Source of the DNA: a virus
Reading direction: 5' to 3' (one strand)
DNA length: 64,000 nt
IMG/VR virus record: IMGVR_UViG_3300045988_156465
Below, piece after piece: positions 16,872 to 26,012 of the stretch. The notes below the pieces were generated by a model. The model had not been told where the DNA came from. It saw only the letters and a program-made list of their open reading frames with translations, and ran no database searches. The first letter of the stretch is position 1; each line of letters opens with the position of its first letter. Made by a program: the position numbers and the translations under genes.

Positions 16872-17147
16872 ATGAGAATTATTAGTCAGGGTGGAAAAAT
16901 TGATTTGCCGTATGAACAGATTTCAATTTCAATCGACTGCGATGATGAAAGGACGATTATTGCTTATGCAGTAAGTTCTGGTACTATTTGGGAATTAGCT
17001 GAATACTCGAAAAAAGAAAAAGCCGAAAAGGCTATGGAAATGTTGAGGACGGAATACGGGAATTACAAACAGGCAAAAAGCAGTGAATATTATTTCGCTT
17101 TCAATTATCCAAAAGTCTTTCGGTTTCCGCAGGATAGCGAGGTGTGA
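16872..17147 (+). CDS. Hypothetical small protein (paralogue of 1..178)
   Basis: 91-aa ORF beginning MRIISQGGK... Confidence 0.5.
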   Translation: MRIISQGGKIDLPYEQISISIDCDDERTIIAYAVSSGTIWELAEYSKKEKAEKAMEMLRTEYGNYKQAKSSEYYFAFNYPKVFRFPQDSEV

Positions 17148-17587
17148 TGATGAGCGAAAATGTAAAATGGAAGGTTAATGGTATTTTTAAAGCTGATGCA
17201 AACGAATGTTACAGAGAGATTTCTTCTCTGGAACAGATTACTCCGAAAGCAATCCTTGATTTTGCAAGAGATGAAAATTCAGAATTACATAAATGCTTTG
17301 AGTGGGACAATGATTCAGCAGCGGAGAAGTACAGAACAATACAAGCCGGCAATGTCATTAGGATGTTGTATATAGTTCCTAAAAACGCAGATGCACCGCC
17401 AGTAAGGGTATTGAGTAGGACATCTGATACGGTTTATCAGCCAACAAGGACATTTGTAAAGAACCAGAATGAATATGAGGATTTGCTTAAAAGAGCATTA
17501 TCGGAATTGGAAAGTTTCAGATTGAAATATAAGACACTTTCCGAGTTGGAACAGGTATTTGAGCAGATTGATTTAATCACTGTTTGA
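17144..17587 (+). CDS. Hypothetical protein
   Basis: 147-aa ORF with a TGATG overlap with the previous gene. Confidence 0.5.
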   Translation: MMMSENVKWKVNGIFKADANECYREISSLEQITPKAILDFARDENSELHKCFEWDNDSAAEKYRTIQAGNVIRMLYIVPKNADAPPVRVLSRTSDTVYQPTRTFVKNQNEYEDLLKRALSELESFRLKYKTLSELEQVFEQIDLITV

Positions 17588-17941
17588 TATATAGCATAAA
17601 ACAGAACATAACAGGAAAATTTCAGACAGCATATTAAAAAACAACCTATTTTCAAGTGTTTAACAGGTGAGATAACACCTATTATATAACAGCTTTTTAT
17701 AAAACATCGAAAAACAGGTCAAAATAAAACAGGAAAATAAAGCGCAACATAGGACACTTTATCTCACTTGCTAAGCGCTTGATTATAGGAACACGCTGAT
17801 AGAGCATTTTATAGGCGGTATGATACCGCCAGCATATTAAAGAAAAGAACAGTAAAGCAAAAGAAAATACAAGACAATGCAGAATATTATATCGCCTACA
17901 AAGTGTTCTATCAGTAACAAAAATGAAAGGAGAAAACAAAA

Positions 17942-18568
17942 ATGGCTAAAACAGAGGTAATCGAAATCAAGCCCTTAAACATCAAAACCGCAACAATCAA
18001 AATCGCAGGAGATGGAGACTTGATTCTTAATAAAATGAACGATGTAAGCGCAAAGGATTTGATTGACAAGCGTAAGGATAAGGCGAAAGACACAGCAAAG
18101 CCTAATCAATGGGAAGCAATCATCACTTCTATGCACTGGTACAACGGCAAGCCAAAAGATTATTCGGAAGAAGGACTATTACAGGCATTAAAAGAAAACG
18201 CACCATGTATTACCGGATTCGGTCTGAAAAAATCTTTCGGACAGGCTGTTGTACAGAACAAAATTGATACATACGCAACGAAGTTTAATGCAGGAGTAAA
18301 CATTATCGCAAAGGGAGATTTGATACCAATTCAGTTTGCAGAACATCATATTGACGAAAAACTGATGTCTCCCAAAAAAGGCTCTCCAGTATTAGTACAC
18401 CTTAACAGATTTAGCGGTTGGAAAGCTGCATTTACAATCCAGTACACCGAAAACGCTTTCTCTTTGGAACAGATTGTAAACATTGTCAATCTTGCAGGAT
18501 TTGGCAACGGTATCGGAAGTGGTAGAAGTAGTGGATACGGAAGATACCATGTTGATGGTATTGAATAA
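17942..18568 (+). CDS. Hypothetical protein with a C-terminal RAMP-type glycine-rich loop
   Basis: SD AAAGGAGAAAA. The C-terminus ...AGFGNGIGSGRSSGYGRYHVDGIE contains G-I-G-x5-G-Y-G. Confidence 0.55.
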   Translation: MAKTEVIEIKPLNIKTATIKIAGDGDLILNKMNDVSAKDLIDKRKDKAKDTAKPNQWEAIITSMHWYNGKPKDYSEEGLLQALKENAPCITGFGLKKSFGQAVVQNKIDTYATKFNAGVNIIAKGDLIPIQFAEHHIDEKLMSPKKGSPVLVHLNRFSGWKAAFTIQYTENAFSLEQIVNIVNLAGFGNGIGSGRSSGYGRYHVDGIE

Positions 18569-18586
18569 TCGTTAGGAGGTGCGAAA

Positions 18587-19309
18587 GTGCTGCTAAAAAC
18601 GATAGCAACGGGTTCAAGCGGAAATTGCCACGCACTTATTGCAGACACAGGAGAGATTCTTCTTTTGGACTTGGGGGAGAACGAAAAGAAAATTAAGAAA
18701 GGAATCGGTTGGAAAATTTCTGATGTTGTCGGTGCGATTGTTACCCATAAACACGCTGACCACTCAAAATCGGTCAATGAATTTGAAAGAATGGGTGTTC
18801 CTGTTTTAAAGCCGTATGAAAACGAAAGCGACATCGGCTTGAAAAATATTTCTGGTTTTAGAGTGCAGGCGTTTGACCTTACAACGATTGGCGGCAGATG
18901 GACACACACAGATGCAGACGGAACGGATTGCCCGATATTCGGTTTTCTGATTATGCACAAAGAAATGGGAAGAATGCTTTATATCACTGATACGGCTATT
19001 GTCAAATGGCGGTTCAAAAATATAAACCATATTCTTCTCGGCGTGAATTATGACAGGAATATGATTTATCCAGATAACGAGGGGAAAAAGAATCATATTT
19101 TCGGCGGTCACTTGGAGATTGGAACAGCTTGTGACTTTGTAAGGGCGAATAATTCTGATTCCTTGCAGAACGTCATAATGTGCCATCTGTCAGCAGATAA
19201 TGCCGATTCTGATAAATTCATCGAGCGTATGAAAAAAGCGTGTCCTGCGGCGAATGTGTACGTTGCAGGGCGTAATGACGGGTGGTGGTTGAGCGATGGG
19301 AAGGTATGA
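18587..19309 (+). CDS. MBL-fold metallo-hydrolase
   Basis: GTG start after TAGGAGGTG. HKHADHS (HxHxDH) motif; N-terminal LKTIATGSSGNC pattern. Confidence 0.75.
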   Translation: MLLKTIATGSSGNCHALIADTGEILLLDLGENEKKIKKGIGWKISDVVGAIVTHKHADHSKSVNEFERMGVPVLKPYENESDIGLKNISGFRVQAFDLTTIGGRWTHTDADGTDCPIFGFLIMHKEMGRMLYITDTAIVKWRFKNINHILLGVNYDRNMIYPDNEGKKNHIFGGHLEIGTACDFVRANNSDSLQNVIMCHLSADNADSDKFIERMKKACPAANVYVAGRNDGWWLSDGKV

Positions 19310-19532
19310 GTTTTCCTTAAATGCAAATATCAAGGCAAAGGACGGCATTTGCCCCTGCTATGGATGCGAAGGAAGGAACGCTGGATGTCATTCAAAATGC
19401 GAGATATTCACGATTTGGAATCAGAAGCATTTGAAAAATAAAAAAGAAATGCAAAAGAAGGCGTTCATCGAAAATCAGGCGGATTACCGGAAGAACGAAT
19501 ACTTTAGAAGAAAGAGGGACAAGCAGAAATGA
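19296..19532 (+). CDS. Cys-rich small basic protein
   Basis: CPCYGCEGRNAGCHSKCEIF, then a K/R-rich tail. Confidence 0.45.
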   Translation: MGRYEFSLNANIKAKDGICPCYGCEGRNAGCHSKCEIFTIWNQKHLKNKKEMQKKAFIENQADYRKNEYFRRKRDKQK

Positions 19533-19951
19533 ATAAATGTATTTTTGTCGGTAGAACGACAAGAGATGTTGAACTCAGATACACGCAGTCCGCAAATCCT
19601 CTTGCGGTCGGAAGAACCTCCATTGCGGTTGAGAGTGGATATGGGGATAAGAAGAAAACGAGCTTTTTCAATATCTCTGCTTTCGGCAAAACGGCGGAAA
19701 CAATGGATAAATTTGTTAAGAAGGGTACGAAAATCATCCTTGAGTGCGAAGCTGCGCAGAATGAATACACTGACAGGGAAGGGAAGAAACAGAACACGGT
19801 ATCCTTTATCGTGAAATCTTTCGAGTTTGCCGAGAGTAAAGCGGCAAGCAGCAGTGCAGGGCAGACAAGTGATGCGCCGAAATCGCAGAGTAACACGGAT
19901 GGTTTTTATCCCATTGACAATACCATTGAAGATGACGATTTGCCGTTTTAA
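19529..19951 (+). CDS. ssb: Single-stranded DNA-binding protein
   Basis: OB-fold start MNKCIFVGRTTRDVELRYTQS...; S/A-rich linker; canonical acidic tip EDDDLPF. Confidence 0.85.
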   Translation: MNKCIFVGRTTRDVELRYTQSANPLAVGRTSIAVESGYGDKKKTSFFNISAFGKTAETMDKFVKKGTKIILECEAAQNEYTDREGKKQNTVSFIVKSFEFAESKAASSSAGQTSDAPKSQSNTDGFYPIDNTIEDDDLPF

Positions 19952-19976
19952 AAAATAAGAAGGGTGGAGACTGATT

Positions 19977-20198
19977 TTGAGAATAGAAAATTTAATCGTT
20001 TTTTTGAAAGAGAATTTTGAAAAAGGGATACAAATGTTTGATACTCCGAATATTGTGGGCGATTTCATGGTGCCTATTTATAAGAAGGACAATATATTGG
20101 TGTTGTACGCGCCGGAATATGACTATATTGAGATATTCGGAATATCTGATGAAGAATTTGAAAGAGTTGAGAAAGAGGTTAATCGGAAAAGGCGGTAA
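19977..20198 (+). CDS. Hypothetical protein
   Basis: 73-aa ORF with a TTG start after GGGTGGAG. Confidence 0.45.
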   Translation: MRIENLIVFLKENFEKGIQMFDTPNIVGDFMVPIYKKDNILVLYAPEYDYIEIFGISDEEFERVEKEVNRKRR

Positions 20199-20202
20199 GA
20201 TT

Positions 20203-21033
20203 ATGGATTTGAAAGACATCAAAACAGAATTGTTCAATGACAATTTCCAAAATTATAAGCGGTACGGCATCCCGAAAGCACAACTTGTTATTGCCGATAT
20301 CCCCTACAACGTGGGTACGAATTTCTACGGTAGTAATCCCATGTGGTATAAAGGTGGGGACAATAAAAACGGCGAAAGCAAACTTGCCGGAAAAGCAGCT
20401 TTTAATACAGATTTTAATTTCAATCTGTACGAGTATTTTCATTTTTGCAGCAAACTGTTGAAGAAAGAAGATACGAAAACCGTATCACGTGGCAGAAGCA
20501 GCAACAGCCCGTGCATGATTGTTTTTTGCAGTTTTGAGCAGATGCCGACACTGATAAACGCTGCTAAAAAGCATGGATTTGTAAACTACATACCTTTGGT
20601 TTTCTGCAAAAATTACAGTCCGCAGGTTTTAAAGGCGAATATGCGTATTGTAGGTGCGACAGAATACGACCTTGTATTTTATCGTGGAAGGTTACCAAAG
20701 TTTAGAAACGGCTGTCAGCAGGACGAGAACGGGAAGAATATTCGCGGCACAGGACGGATGATTTTTAATTGGTTCGCATGGGAGAAGGACGGAAAAGAGA
20801 TTCCTAAAATTCATCCAGCGCAGAAACCCGTAGCGGTGATTAAGAAACTGATTGAAATTTTTACGGACGAAGGGGACATCGTGATTGACCCTTGCGCTGG
20901 TAGTGGTTCGACACTGAGAGCGGCTATGGAGTGCGGAAGAAACTCGTACGGATTTGAAATTTCAAAGGAATTTTACAGACGAGCAAAAGATGAAATGCTT
21001 GTTGTGAAAGAAGAAATGCAGTTGCATTTGTAA
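20203..21033 (+). CDS. Beta-class N6-adenine/N4-cytosine DNA methyltransferase
   Basis: Motif IV-like DIPYNVG near the N-terminus; HPAQKPVAVIKKLI...VIDPCAGSGSTLRAA (motif I) near the C-terminus. Confidence 0.8.
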   Translation: MDLKDIKTELFNDNFQNYKRYGIPKAQLVIADIPYNVGTNFYGSNPMWYKGGDNKNGESKLAGKAAFNTDFNFNLYEYFHFCSKLLKKEDTKTVSRGRSSNSPCMIVFCSFEQMPTLINAAKKHGFVNYIPLVFCKNYSPQVLKANMRIVGATEYDLVFYRGRLPKFRNGCQQDENGKNIRGTGRMIFNWFAWEKDGKEIPKIHPAQKPVAVIKKLIEIFTDEGDIVIDPCAGSGSTLRAAMECGRNSYGFEISKEFYRRAKDEMLVVKEEMQLHL

Positions 21034-21045
21034 GGCGGTGGAAAG

Positions 21046-21636
21046 ATGGACTATCAGAAATTCAAGAAAGCGAAGGCTATTGAGAAGAAGAACAAGGAAC
21101 GCTTGCTGAAAGTAAATCCAAAATTGAATGAGGATAGCGGAATTTATTTCCTAACAAGAATTGATGAAAACGGATTCAAATACGCATATATCGGGCAAGC
21201 GGTACATATTCTGACGAGACTTGCACAACATCTTGTCGGCTATCAGCATATCGACCTTTCACTGAAAAAACATGGCTTGTATGATGCGGAAACAAACCAG
21301 TACGGATGGAAAATCGGTTTCATGCTTTACAAAGACACCGAGTTGGATAGTGCGGAACAGCACTGGATAAAGAAATATGCTGATGGTGGTTATCAGTTGC
21401 GGAACAAGACAAGTGGCTCACAGGGAGAGGGCAAATCGCAGATTGCGGAATATAAAGCCGCCAAGGGATATCGTGATGGCTTGGAACAGGGCAGAAAGAA
21501 TCTTGCGAAGGAATTATCGAATATTGCCGAAAAGCACCTCACAATCGAAATTAGAGAGGATAAGAGGGGAAACAAGATTTCAGAACGGCAGTATGAGAAG
21601 TTTATGGAGTTGATGAAAGGAGAGGTGGATTCGTGA
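21046..21636 (+). CDS. GIY-YIG domain nuclease
   Basis: GIYFL...YAYIGQA...TRLAQH...EQHWIKKY...LRNK gives the ordered GIY, YIG, R, E and N elements. Confidence 0.7.
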   Translation: MDYQKFKKAKAIEKKNKERLLKVNPKLNEDSGIYFLTRIDENGFKYAYIGQAVHILTRLAQHLVGYQHIDLSLKKHGLYDAETNQYGWKIGFMLYKDTELDSAEQHWIKKYADGGYQLRNKTSGSQGEGKSQIAEYKAAKGYRDGLEQGRKNLAKELSNIAEKHLTIEIREDKRGNKISERQYEKFMELMKGEVDS

Positions 21637-22898
21637 AATTCATTGACTTCTTCTCTGGTGTCGGTGGTTTCCGCAGAGGGATGGAGCTGGCGGGACATGA
21701 GTGTGTGGGATTCTGTGAATTTGATAAATTTGCAGTAGCCAGCTACACAGCCATGCACCTTATGACGGAAAAGGATCGAGAGTACATAAGCACGTTGCCG
21801 AAAAACAAAAGAGTGGCAGAAGCAGGAAAGGAGGAGTACAGGCATGGAGAATGGTATGCAAATGACATTAGACGGATTTTCGCCGAGGACATACCGAAAA
21901 CAGACTGCTGGTGTTTCGGATTCCCCTGTCAGGACATCAGCGTTGCCGGAAAGCAGCTTGGCTTTAACGGAGCAAGAAGCAGCCTATTTTTCAGAGTTAT
22001 GCGCCTTGTGCAAGACCTCGAAGAAAAAGATAGACCCACATACCTATTCATTGAGAACGTTAAAAACCTACTTAGCGTTAATGGGGGAACGGACTTCCTT
22101 AAACTTCTCATTGCGCTGGACGAAAGTGGGTACGATGCAGAGTGGCAAGTTATCAACTCTGCCGATTACGTCCCACAAAACAGGGAAAGAGTTTTCGTTA
22201 TCGGACATCTTAGAGGGAGAAGTACCACAAAAGTATTTCCTATCGAAAGAGCAGACAGAGAAAATAGTGTTCAAATAATCGCACATAGAGAGGGATTCCG
22301 CAGGAATATGCAAGTGTTTTCTCCGGAAGGGATAACAGAATCGCTAGACACAGGGCAAGGTGGCGGAAGAGGTCATTATACCGCCATGCCCGTATTTTGC
22401 GATATGTCAAAAAGTGCAGGAATACAAACTTATGATAAGGCGTTTTGCTTGCAAGCGAGATACCATAAAGGCGTTTGCAACAGGCGAAAGGAAATAAGTG
22501 GCATTTGCGTTCCTGTACTTACTCCGGACAGAGCAGAAAAAAGACAGAACGGCAGAAGAATGAAGGGAAATGGAGAGCCAATGTTTACTCTGACCGGACA
22601 GGACCGGCACGGAGTTATGATTTCAACGCCTGACGGAATGGCGTTTTATGCCATTTGGTACGAAAAATATCAGTGCTATATTGCTATCCGCAAACTGACA
22701 CCGAGAGAATGTTTCCGGCTGCAAGGATGGTCGGATGAATATTTCAATAGGGCTGAATTGGTAAACAGTGACAGCCAGTTATATAAACAGGCAGGGAACG
22801 GCGTGACCGTACCAGTAATATACGAGATTGCAAAAAGAATGAGGGCGAATGGGAACATTTCTGCCCGAATTGTATGGAGTGATAGAAATGGAAAATAA
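21633..22898 (+). CDS. DNA (cytosine-5) methyltransferase
   Basis: FSGVGG (motif I), GFPCQDIS (IV), ENVKNL (VI), QAGNGVTVPV (X). The GTG start overlaps the GIY-YIG stop. Confidence 0.9.
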   Translation: MKFIDFFSGVGGFRRGMELAGHECVGFCEFDKFAVASYTAMHLMTEKDREYISTLPKNKRVAEAGKEEYRHGEWYANDIRRIFAEDIPKTDCWCFGFPCQDISVAGKQLGFNGARSSLFFRVMRLVQDLEEKDRPTYLFIENVKNLLSVNGGTDFLKLLIALDESGYDAEWQVINSADYVPQNRERVFVIGHLRGRSTTKVFPIERADRENSVQIIAHREGFRRNMQVFSPEGITESLDTGQGGGRGHYTAMPVFCDMSKSAGIQTYDKAFCLQARYHKGVCNRRKEISGICVPVLTPDRAEKRQNGRRMKGNGEPMFTLTGQDRHGVMISTPDGMAFYAIWYEKYQCYIAIRKLTPRECFRLQGWSDEYFNRAELVNSDSQLYKQAGNGVTVPVIYEIAKRMRANGNISARIVWSDRNGK

Positions 22899-23118
22899 AA
22901 CAGTAGACCACACGAATATTTTTGAAAGTTATCTGGCGCAAGATATCTTTATCATGGGTATTATCGAAAAGGTTGTTAATGACTGGAAACGAACCAAGTG
23001 GAAAGAAGGTACTTTTAACAGAGAAAATTTAGAAGATTTCTTTTTGGACGATTTCCAACAGTGGCTTGAATTGGGCGTTGATGAATGGTGTAACGAAGAA
23101 TGGGGACAGGAGGGATAA
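22888..23118 (+). CDS. Hypothetical acidic protein
   Basis: ATG at 22888 follows GGAGTG. 76 aa. Confidence 0.45.
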   Translation: MENKTVDHTNIFESYLAQDIFIMGIIEKVVNDWKRTKWKEGTFNRENLEDFFLDDFQQWLELGVDEWCNEEWGQEG

Positions 23119-23120
23119 AC

Positions 23121-23461
23121 ATGGACGCAATAAAATTCTTGAAAGAAAAAAATAGAATGACGAAAAAGTGCAGTATTGATTGCTCTGATTGTCCGCTTAG
23201 CAGTGAAAAAACCCAACTGGTTTCGCGTGTGGCGATTTGCAGAGAGTGTATTCAGAGATTGCAGTTTCTATTGTAGAAAAATGGTCGGAGGAACATCCGC
23301 CGGAAACAAGACTGACAGAGTTTTTGAAACACTACCCAAATGCACTAATGGAGGATGATGGAACTCCGGAAGTGTGTGTAAACGAATTGGGACTCAAAAG
23401 AGATGACGGATGTATCTCGAACTGTATAAAATGTTGGAACACACCGATTGAGGAGGAATGA
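23121..23461 (+). pseudogene. Frameshifted paralogue of the C-terminal domain of 15188..15865
   Basis: Frame 0 gives MDAIKFLKEKNRMTKKCSIDCSDCPLSSEK. After the A6 run (23206-23211) the homology continues in another frame: NPTGFACGD...IVEKWSEEHP...CIKCWNTPIEEE. Confidence 0.5.
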
Positions 23462-23465
23462 CAAA

Positions 23466-24086
23466 ATGGCAATTAAACCGATTTTATTTAATACAGAAAT
23501 GGTACAAGCGATTCTGGATGGACGAAAGACATGCGCTCGGCGGATTGTGAAAGGTGCTATCCCTGATGATGCGATGTGGGGGTATACCATGTTTACACCA
23601 AAAGGCTGTATATCTTGCAGGGGGGTGTATGCCGATGGATACGGCGAAGGATTTTACAAATTGCCGTACCAGCCGGGCGATATTCTGTATGTCCTGGAAA
23701 CTTGGGGGTATCCAATTGCTTTAAATTCAGATAAACAGTATGTTTTTAGAGCGGACGAAGTAGCAGAAAGTGGCTTTAAAAATGATAGCCATATATGGCA
23801 TCCATCAATTCACATGCCGAAAGAAGCTGCTCGTATCTGGCTGAAGGTGACGGATGTTAGGGTGGAACGCTTGCAGGATATGACAGATGATGATGCAGAA
23901 GCAGAGGGATGTTTCGATTATACATCAACAGCACTTGGTTTTCCCGATGTATGGGATTCCACCATCAAAAAATCCGACATTGGCCGTTGCGGATGGGCGG
24001 CTAACCCTTGGGTTTGGGTGGTTGAATTTGAACGGTGCGAGAAGCCGAGGGAGGGATGGAACAGGAGTACAAAGTATGAATCTTAA
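23466..24086 (+). CDS. ASCH-domain protein
   Basis: MAIKPILFNTEMVQAILDGRKTCARRIVKG is the typical ASCH N-terminus. Confidence 0.6.
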   Translation: MAIKPILFNTEMVQAILDGRKTCARRIVKGAIPDDAMWGYTMFTPKGCISCRGVYADGYGEGFYKLPYQPGDILYVLETWGYPIALNSDKQYVFRADEVAESGFKNDSHIWHPSIHMPKEAARIWLKVTDVRVERLQDMTDDDAEAEGCFDYTSTALGFPDVWDSTIKKSDIGRCGWAANPWVWVVEFERCEKPREGWNRSTKYES

Positions 24087-24124
24087 CGAGAAAATCAACA
24101 ATAAATAAGAGTGTGGTGTTGTTT

Positions 24125-24862
24125 ATGGCAATATACAGGAATTTGCATATATCGTTCTGGACGGACAGCAAGGTCGAGGATGATTTCACGCCAGAGGATA
24201 AGTATTTCTATGCTTATCTTCTGACAAACCCACAGACGAACATCTGCGGCTGCTATGAGGTCAGTTTTAATCAAATATCGCACCATACAGGATATACGAA
24301 GGACACAATTTCAAGGCTGATAAGGCGTTTTGAAAATGTGCATGGCGTGATTCGGTACTGTGCGGAAACAAAGGAAGTCTTGATTCTCAAATGGTACAAA
24401 TACAACTGGAGCAAGTCAGAGAAAACGCTTGCAGGAGTTGAGAATGTTGCAAAGCATATTAAGTCCGATGATTTTAGGCGGTACGTTATGGATACGGTAA
24501 ATAAGGTTAGAGGCAGTGCGGACGATTGCCAGACGGAAGAAGAACCGAAAAGTATTCCTTCCGTTTCTGTAAAGAAAGTATCTTCTGCGGATATGCTGAA
24601 TGACATGGTTTCCGAGTTTGCTATTTCCGATTATCTTCTGGAATCGGTGCAGGACTGGATAGCCTACAAGGGAGAGAGAAATTTCAAGTACAAAGAAAGA
24701 GGTTTGCGGACACTTTTAAAAACAATATCCGAAAAATCAACACAGTACGGAGATACGGCGGTATCAACGGCAATAAATGAAAGCATTTCAAGCGGATATC
24801 AAGGTATTGTTTGGGAGAAAATCGGGAAGGCTTCCAGTAGCGATATAAACTGGAATTTTTAG
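24125..24862 (+). CDS. Replication initiator/replisome-organizer-like protein
   Basis: The N-terminal winged-helix-like segment MAIYRNLHISFWTDSKVEDDF...YFYAYLLTNPQTNICGCYEV resembles phage replisome organizer/DnaD-type N-domains. It precedes a loader-like gene. Confidence 0.5.
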   Translation: MAIYRNLHISFWTDSKVEDDFTPEDKYFYAYLLTNPQTNICGCYEVSFNQISHHTGYTKDTISRLIRRFENVHGVIRYCAETKEVLILKWYKYNWSKSEKTLAGVENVAKHIKSDDFRRYVMDTVNKVRGSADDCQTEEEPKSIPSVSVKKVSSADMLNDMVSEFAISDYLLESVQDWIAYKGERNFKYKERGLRTLLKTISEKSTQYGDTAVSTAINESISSGYQGIVWEKIGKASSSDINWNF

Positions 24863-24874
24863 GGGGTGTGTTTT

Positions 24875-25552
24875 GTGCTGACAAAAGAGGAAACGAAGAA
24901 AATCCTGCGTATCATGTATAACTGTTTTCAGAATTTCAGACCAAAGAATATCGAAGAAACAACGGAGGTTTGGGGAATGATGCTTTCAGATTATACATAT
25001 CAGCAGATTTCGGTTGCGTTGAAATCCTATATCCTGTCCGATACAAGCGGATTTGCACCGACAATCGGGCAGTTGGTTGATATGGTTCATTCCGTTAGCA
25101 AACCGCAGGAATTGAACGAAATGGAGGCGTGGTCGTTAGTCAGTATGGCGATTAGAAACAGCGGATACCGATATACCGAGGAATTTTTGAAACTTCCTGC
25201 AATTATTCAACGTGCAATCGGAACGCCAGAACAGCTACACATTTGGGCTACGGATGAAGATTATAACGAGACAGTAGTTATGAGTAATTTTCAGCGGTCA
25301 TACCGGCTTGTGCTGATGCAGAAAGACGAAAGCGCAAAGCTGCCAACAGAAGTGCGGAATTTGCTTTCTAATAATGAAAATCCTGCCAGAATAGAAATGC
25401 AGGATAGGATTAAGCAGCTTTCTAATGCGTTTGACGAAAAGAGCAAACTGCTGATTGAAGGCAAGGAGAAGAAGGAAAGAGTAGTGGATGATTCTGTTAT
25501 GGACACCGTTCATGCAGAATTAGAGAAAATAAAGGCAATGAGTATCAGATAA
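24875..25552 (+). CDS. G39P-like helicase loader
   Basis: LTKEETKKILRIMYNCFQNFRPKNIEETTEVWGMMLSDYTYQQISVALKSYILSDTSGFAPTIGQLV resembles the SPP1 G39P N-terminal domain pattern. Confidence 0.55.
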   Translation: MLTKEETKKILRIMYNCFQNFRPKNIEETTEVWGMMLSDYTYQQISVALKSYILSDTSGFAPTIGQLVDMVHSVSKPQELNEMEAWSLVSMAIRNSGYRYTEEFLKLPAIIQRAIGTPEQLHIWATDEDYNETVVMSNFQRSYRLVLMQKDESAKLPTEVRNLLSNNENPARIEMQDRIKQLSNAFDEKSKLLIEGKEKKERVVDDSVMDTVHAELEKIKAMSIR

Positions 25553-25574
25553 AAACCAGAACGGAGGAAGATTT

Positions 25575-26012
25575 ATGAAAACGCCAATCGTAAAATCTGA
25601 TGAAGGAAAACCGCAACTTAACCTTGTGCCGTTGGAACTTTTAGAACCATTGGCAAGGGTTCGTGAATTTGCTGTTGAGAAATACGGTCTTGAAGGTATC
25701 GAATCATGGCGCAATATTTCCGATGATAGATTGTTAGCTGCTCTGCTGCGGCATACGATTACTTACCAAAAAGACCATGACGCGCGTGACGAGGAAAGCG
25801 GATTGCCTGCTGCGTATCATGTAGCTATCAACGGTGCATTTCTTGCCATCAAGGCTATGGAGAGAATGAAAGAAAGATGTGGATACCAAGTCAAAGAAGT
25901 CAAAGAAATTAGCTTTTACGAAAATCTGCCGCCGGAAGCGCAGAAAAGGGTGGACAAATTTCTTTCTGTGGCTTGCGAAGGTGGCGTAAAAGATGAATCT
26001 GAATCAGATTGA
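25575..26012 (+). CDS. dATP/dGTP diphosphohydrolase-like domain protein
   Basis: KSDEGKPQLNLVPLELLEPLARVREFAVEKYG...SWRNI...LLAALLRHT...DEESGLPAAYHVAINGAFL fits that domain's pattern. Confidence 0.45.
   Translation: MKTPIVKSDEGKPQLNLVPLELLEPLARVREFAVEKYGLEGIESWRNISDDRLLAALLRHTITYQKDHDARDEESGLPAAYHVAINGAFLAIKAMERMKERCGYQVKEVKEISFYENLPPEAQKRVDKFLSVACEGGVKDESESD

Noticed and set aside
25575-26012. Z-genome (2-aminoadenine) biosynthesis
   Set aside because: Only the diphosphohydrolase-like domain is present. No PurZ- or DatZ-like genes are recognisable in the visible part of the element.
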